From contig NC_087472.1 of NCBI RefSeq assembly GCF_036321535.1, positions 101,558,001-101,622,000 of the forward strand: DNA of 64,000 nt, written 5' to 3'. The position numbers and the translations under genes are program-made. Below are positions 63,001 through 64,000 of the stretch, piece after piece. The notes beneath the pieces were generated by a model that was given only the letters and a program-made list of their open reading frames with translations, made no database searches and was not told the origin of the DNA. Every line of letters starts with the position of its first letter. Within the stretch, counting starts at the first letter, position 1. Source of the stretch: Camelus dromedarius (Eukaryota).

Positions 63001-64000
63001 TTGTGAGTTTGGCCAGAGGTTTGTCGATTTTATTTACTTTTTCAAAAAACCAGCTTTTGGTTTGGTTGATTTTTTCTATGGTCTTGTTAATCTCTATTGT
63101 ATTTAATTCCCCTCTGATCTTTTATTATTTCCTTCCTTCTGCTGCTTTTTGGGGCTTTTTGTTCTTCTTTTTCTAATTCATTCAGGTGGTGGGTTAAATT
63201 GTTTATTTGAGATTGTTCTTCTTTTTTGAGGAAGGCCTGTATCGCTATAAACTTCCCTCTTAGCACTGCCTTTGCTGTGTCCCATAGGTTTTGAGTGGTT
63301 GTGCTTTCATTATCATTTGTCTCAAGGTACTTTTTAATTTCAGCTTTGATTTCCTCATTGATCCATTGTTTTTTCAATAACATATTGTTTAATCTCCATG
63401 CTTTCCTTTTTTTCTCCTTTGTTTCTCTGTTGTTGATTTCCAGTTTCATGGCATTGTGGTCAGTAAAGATGCTTGAGATAATTTCTATCTTCTTAAAATT
63501 GTTGAGGTTTCTTTTGTGCCCAAGTACATGATCGATCCTGGAAAATGTTCCATCTGCACTTGAAAAGAATGTATATCCTATTTTTGGGGGGTGTAATGCT
63601 CTGAAAATATCCACCAAATCTAGTTTTTCTATTGTAGTATTTAATTTCTCTGTTGCCTTGTTTATTTTCTGTCTGGAAGATCTGTCTAGTGATGTTAATG
63701 CAGTGTTAAAAGTCTCCAACTATGATTGTATTCCCATCAATATCCCCCTTTATCTCTGTTAGTAATTCTTGTATGTACTTAGGTGCTCCTATATTGGGTG
63801 CATATATATTAACGAGTGTAATATCCTCATCTTGTATCAATCCTTTAATCATTATAAAATGTCCTTCTTTATCTTTCTTTATGGCCTTTGTTTTAAAGTC
63901 TATTTTGTCTGAAATCAGTACTGCAACACCTGCTTTTTTGGCTTTTCCATTTGCATGGAATATCCTTTTCCATCCTTTCACTCTCAATCTATATGTGTCC
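60054..64000 (-). mobile_element. Young L1 (continues beyond the window): ORF2 endonuclease, reverse transcriptase and C-terminal domains, frameshifted
   Basis: ORFs 63706..63987 and 63087..63719 (EN), 62597..62800, 61188..62540 (RT, QGCPLSP, YADD), 60347..60910 (HCWWEC); poly-A tail as a T-tract at 60054-60076. Confidence 0.97.

Noticed and set aside
38400..64000. Upstream NHS exons (WAVE-homology region)
   Set aside because: Not found; they must lie beyond the right edge of the window

Overview
Mammalian X-chromosome DNA, most likely camelid (alpaca/camel), judged from tRNA-derived vic-1-type SINEs. It corresponds to the NHS-SCML1 interval of human Xp22.13. Two genes run on the minus strand, tail-to-head. 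(1) The 3' part of NHS: six coding exons at 37514-25018 (1369 aa in the window) plus a ~3.5 kb 3'UTR; the upstream exons lie beyond 64000. (2) A complete SCML1: CpG-island promoter at ~20.1-20.8 kb, seven coding exons at 15381-7062, 360 aa with a C-terminal SAM domain, polyA signal at 5505. All exon boundaries were read by hand (GT-AG, phases consistent). The remainder is repeat-rich: a truncated ERV (LTR, tRNA-Ser-like PBS, internal region) at 1.95-5.3 kb, old and young L1s nested at 54.5-64 kb, SINEs, MIR/L2, MER5A, MER20, MER45A and a Tigger-like element. Main hunt results: (a) SCML1 looks like a chimera of a BEND2-like N-terminus and an SCML2-like SAM end, with a dead 270-bp phase-1 exon at the junction; (b) a second, decayed BEND2/SCML1-like exon lies downstream at 971-1454; (c) an exact 65-bp copy of the NHS 3' end is inserted in the SCML1 CpG island; (d) a candidate alternative NHS first exon is broken by a single extra G; (e) a possible fossil NHS exon is split by MER45A. 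Comparisons with human proteins are from memory and need confirming by alignment.
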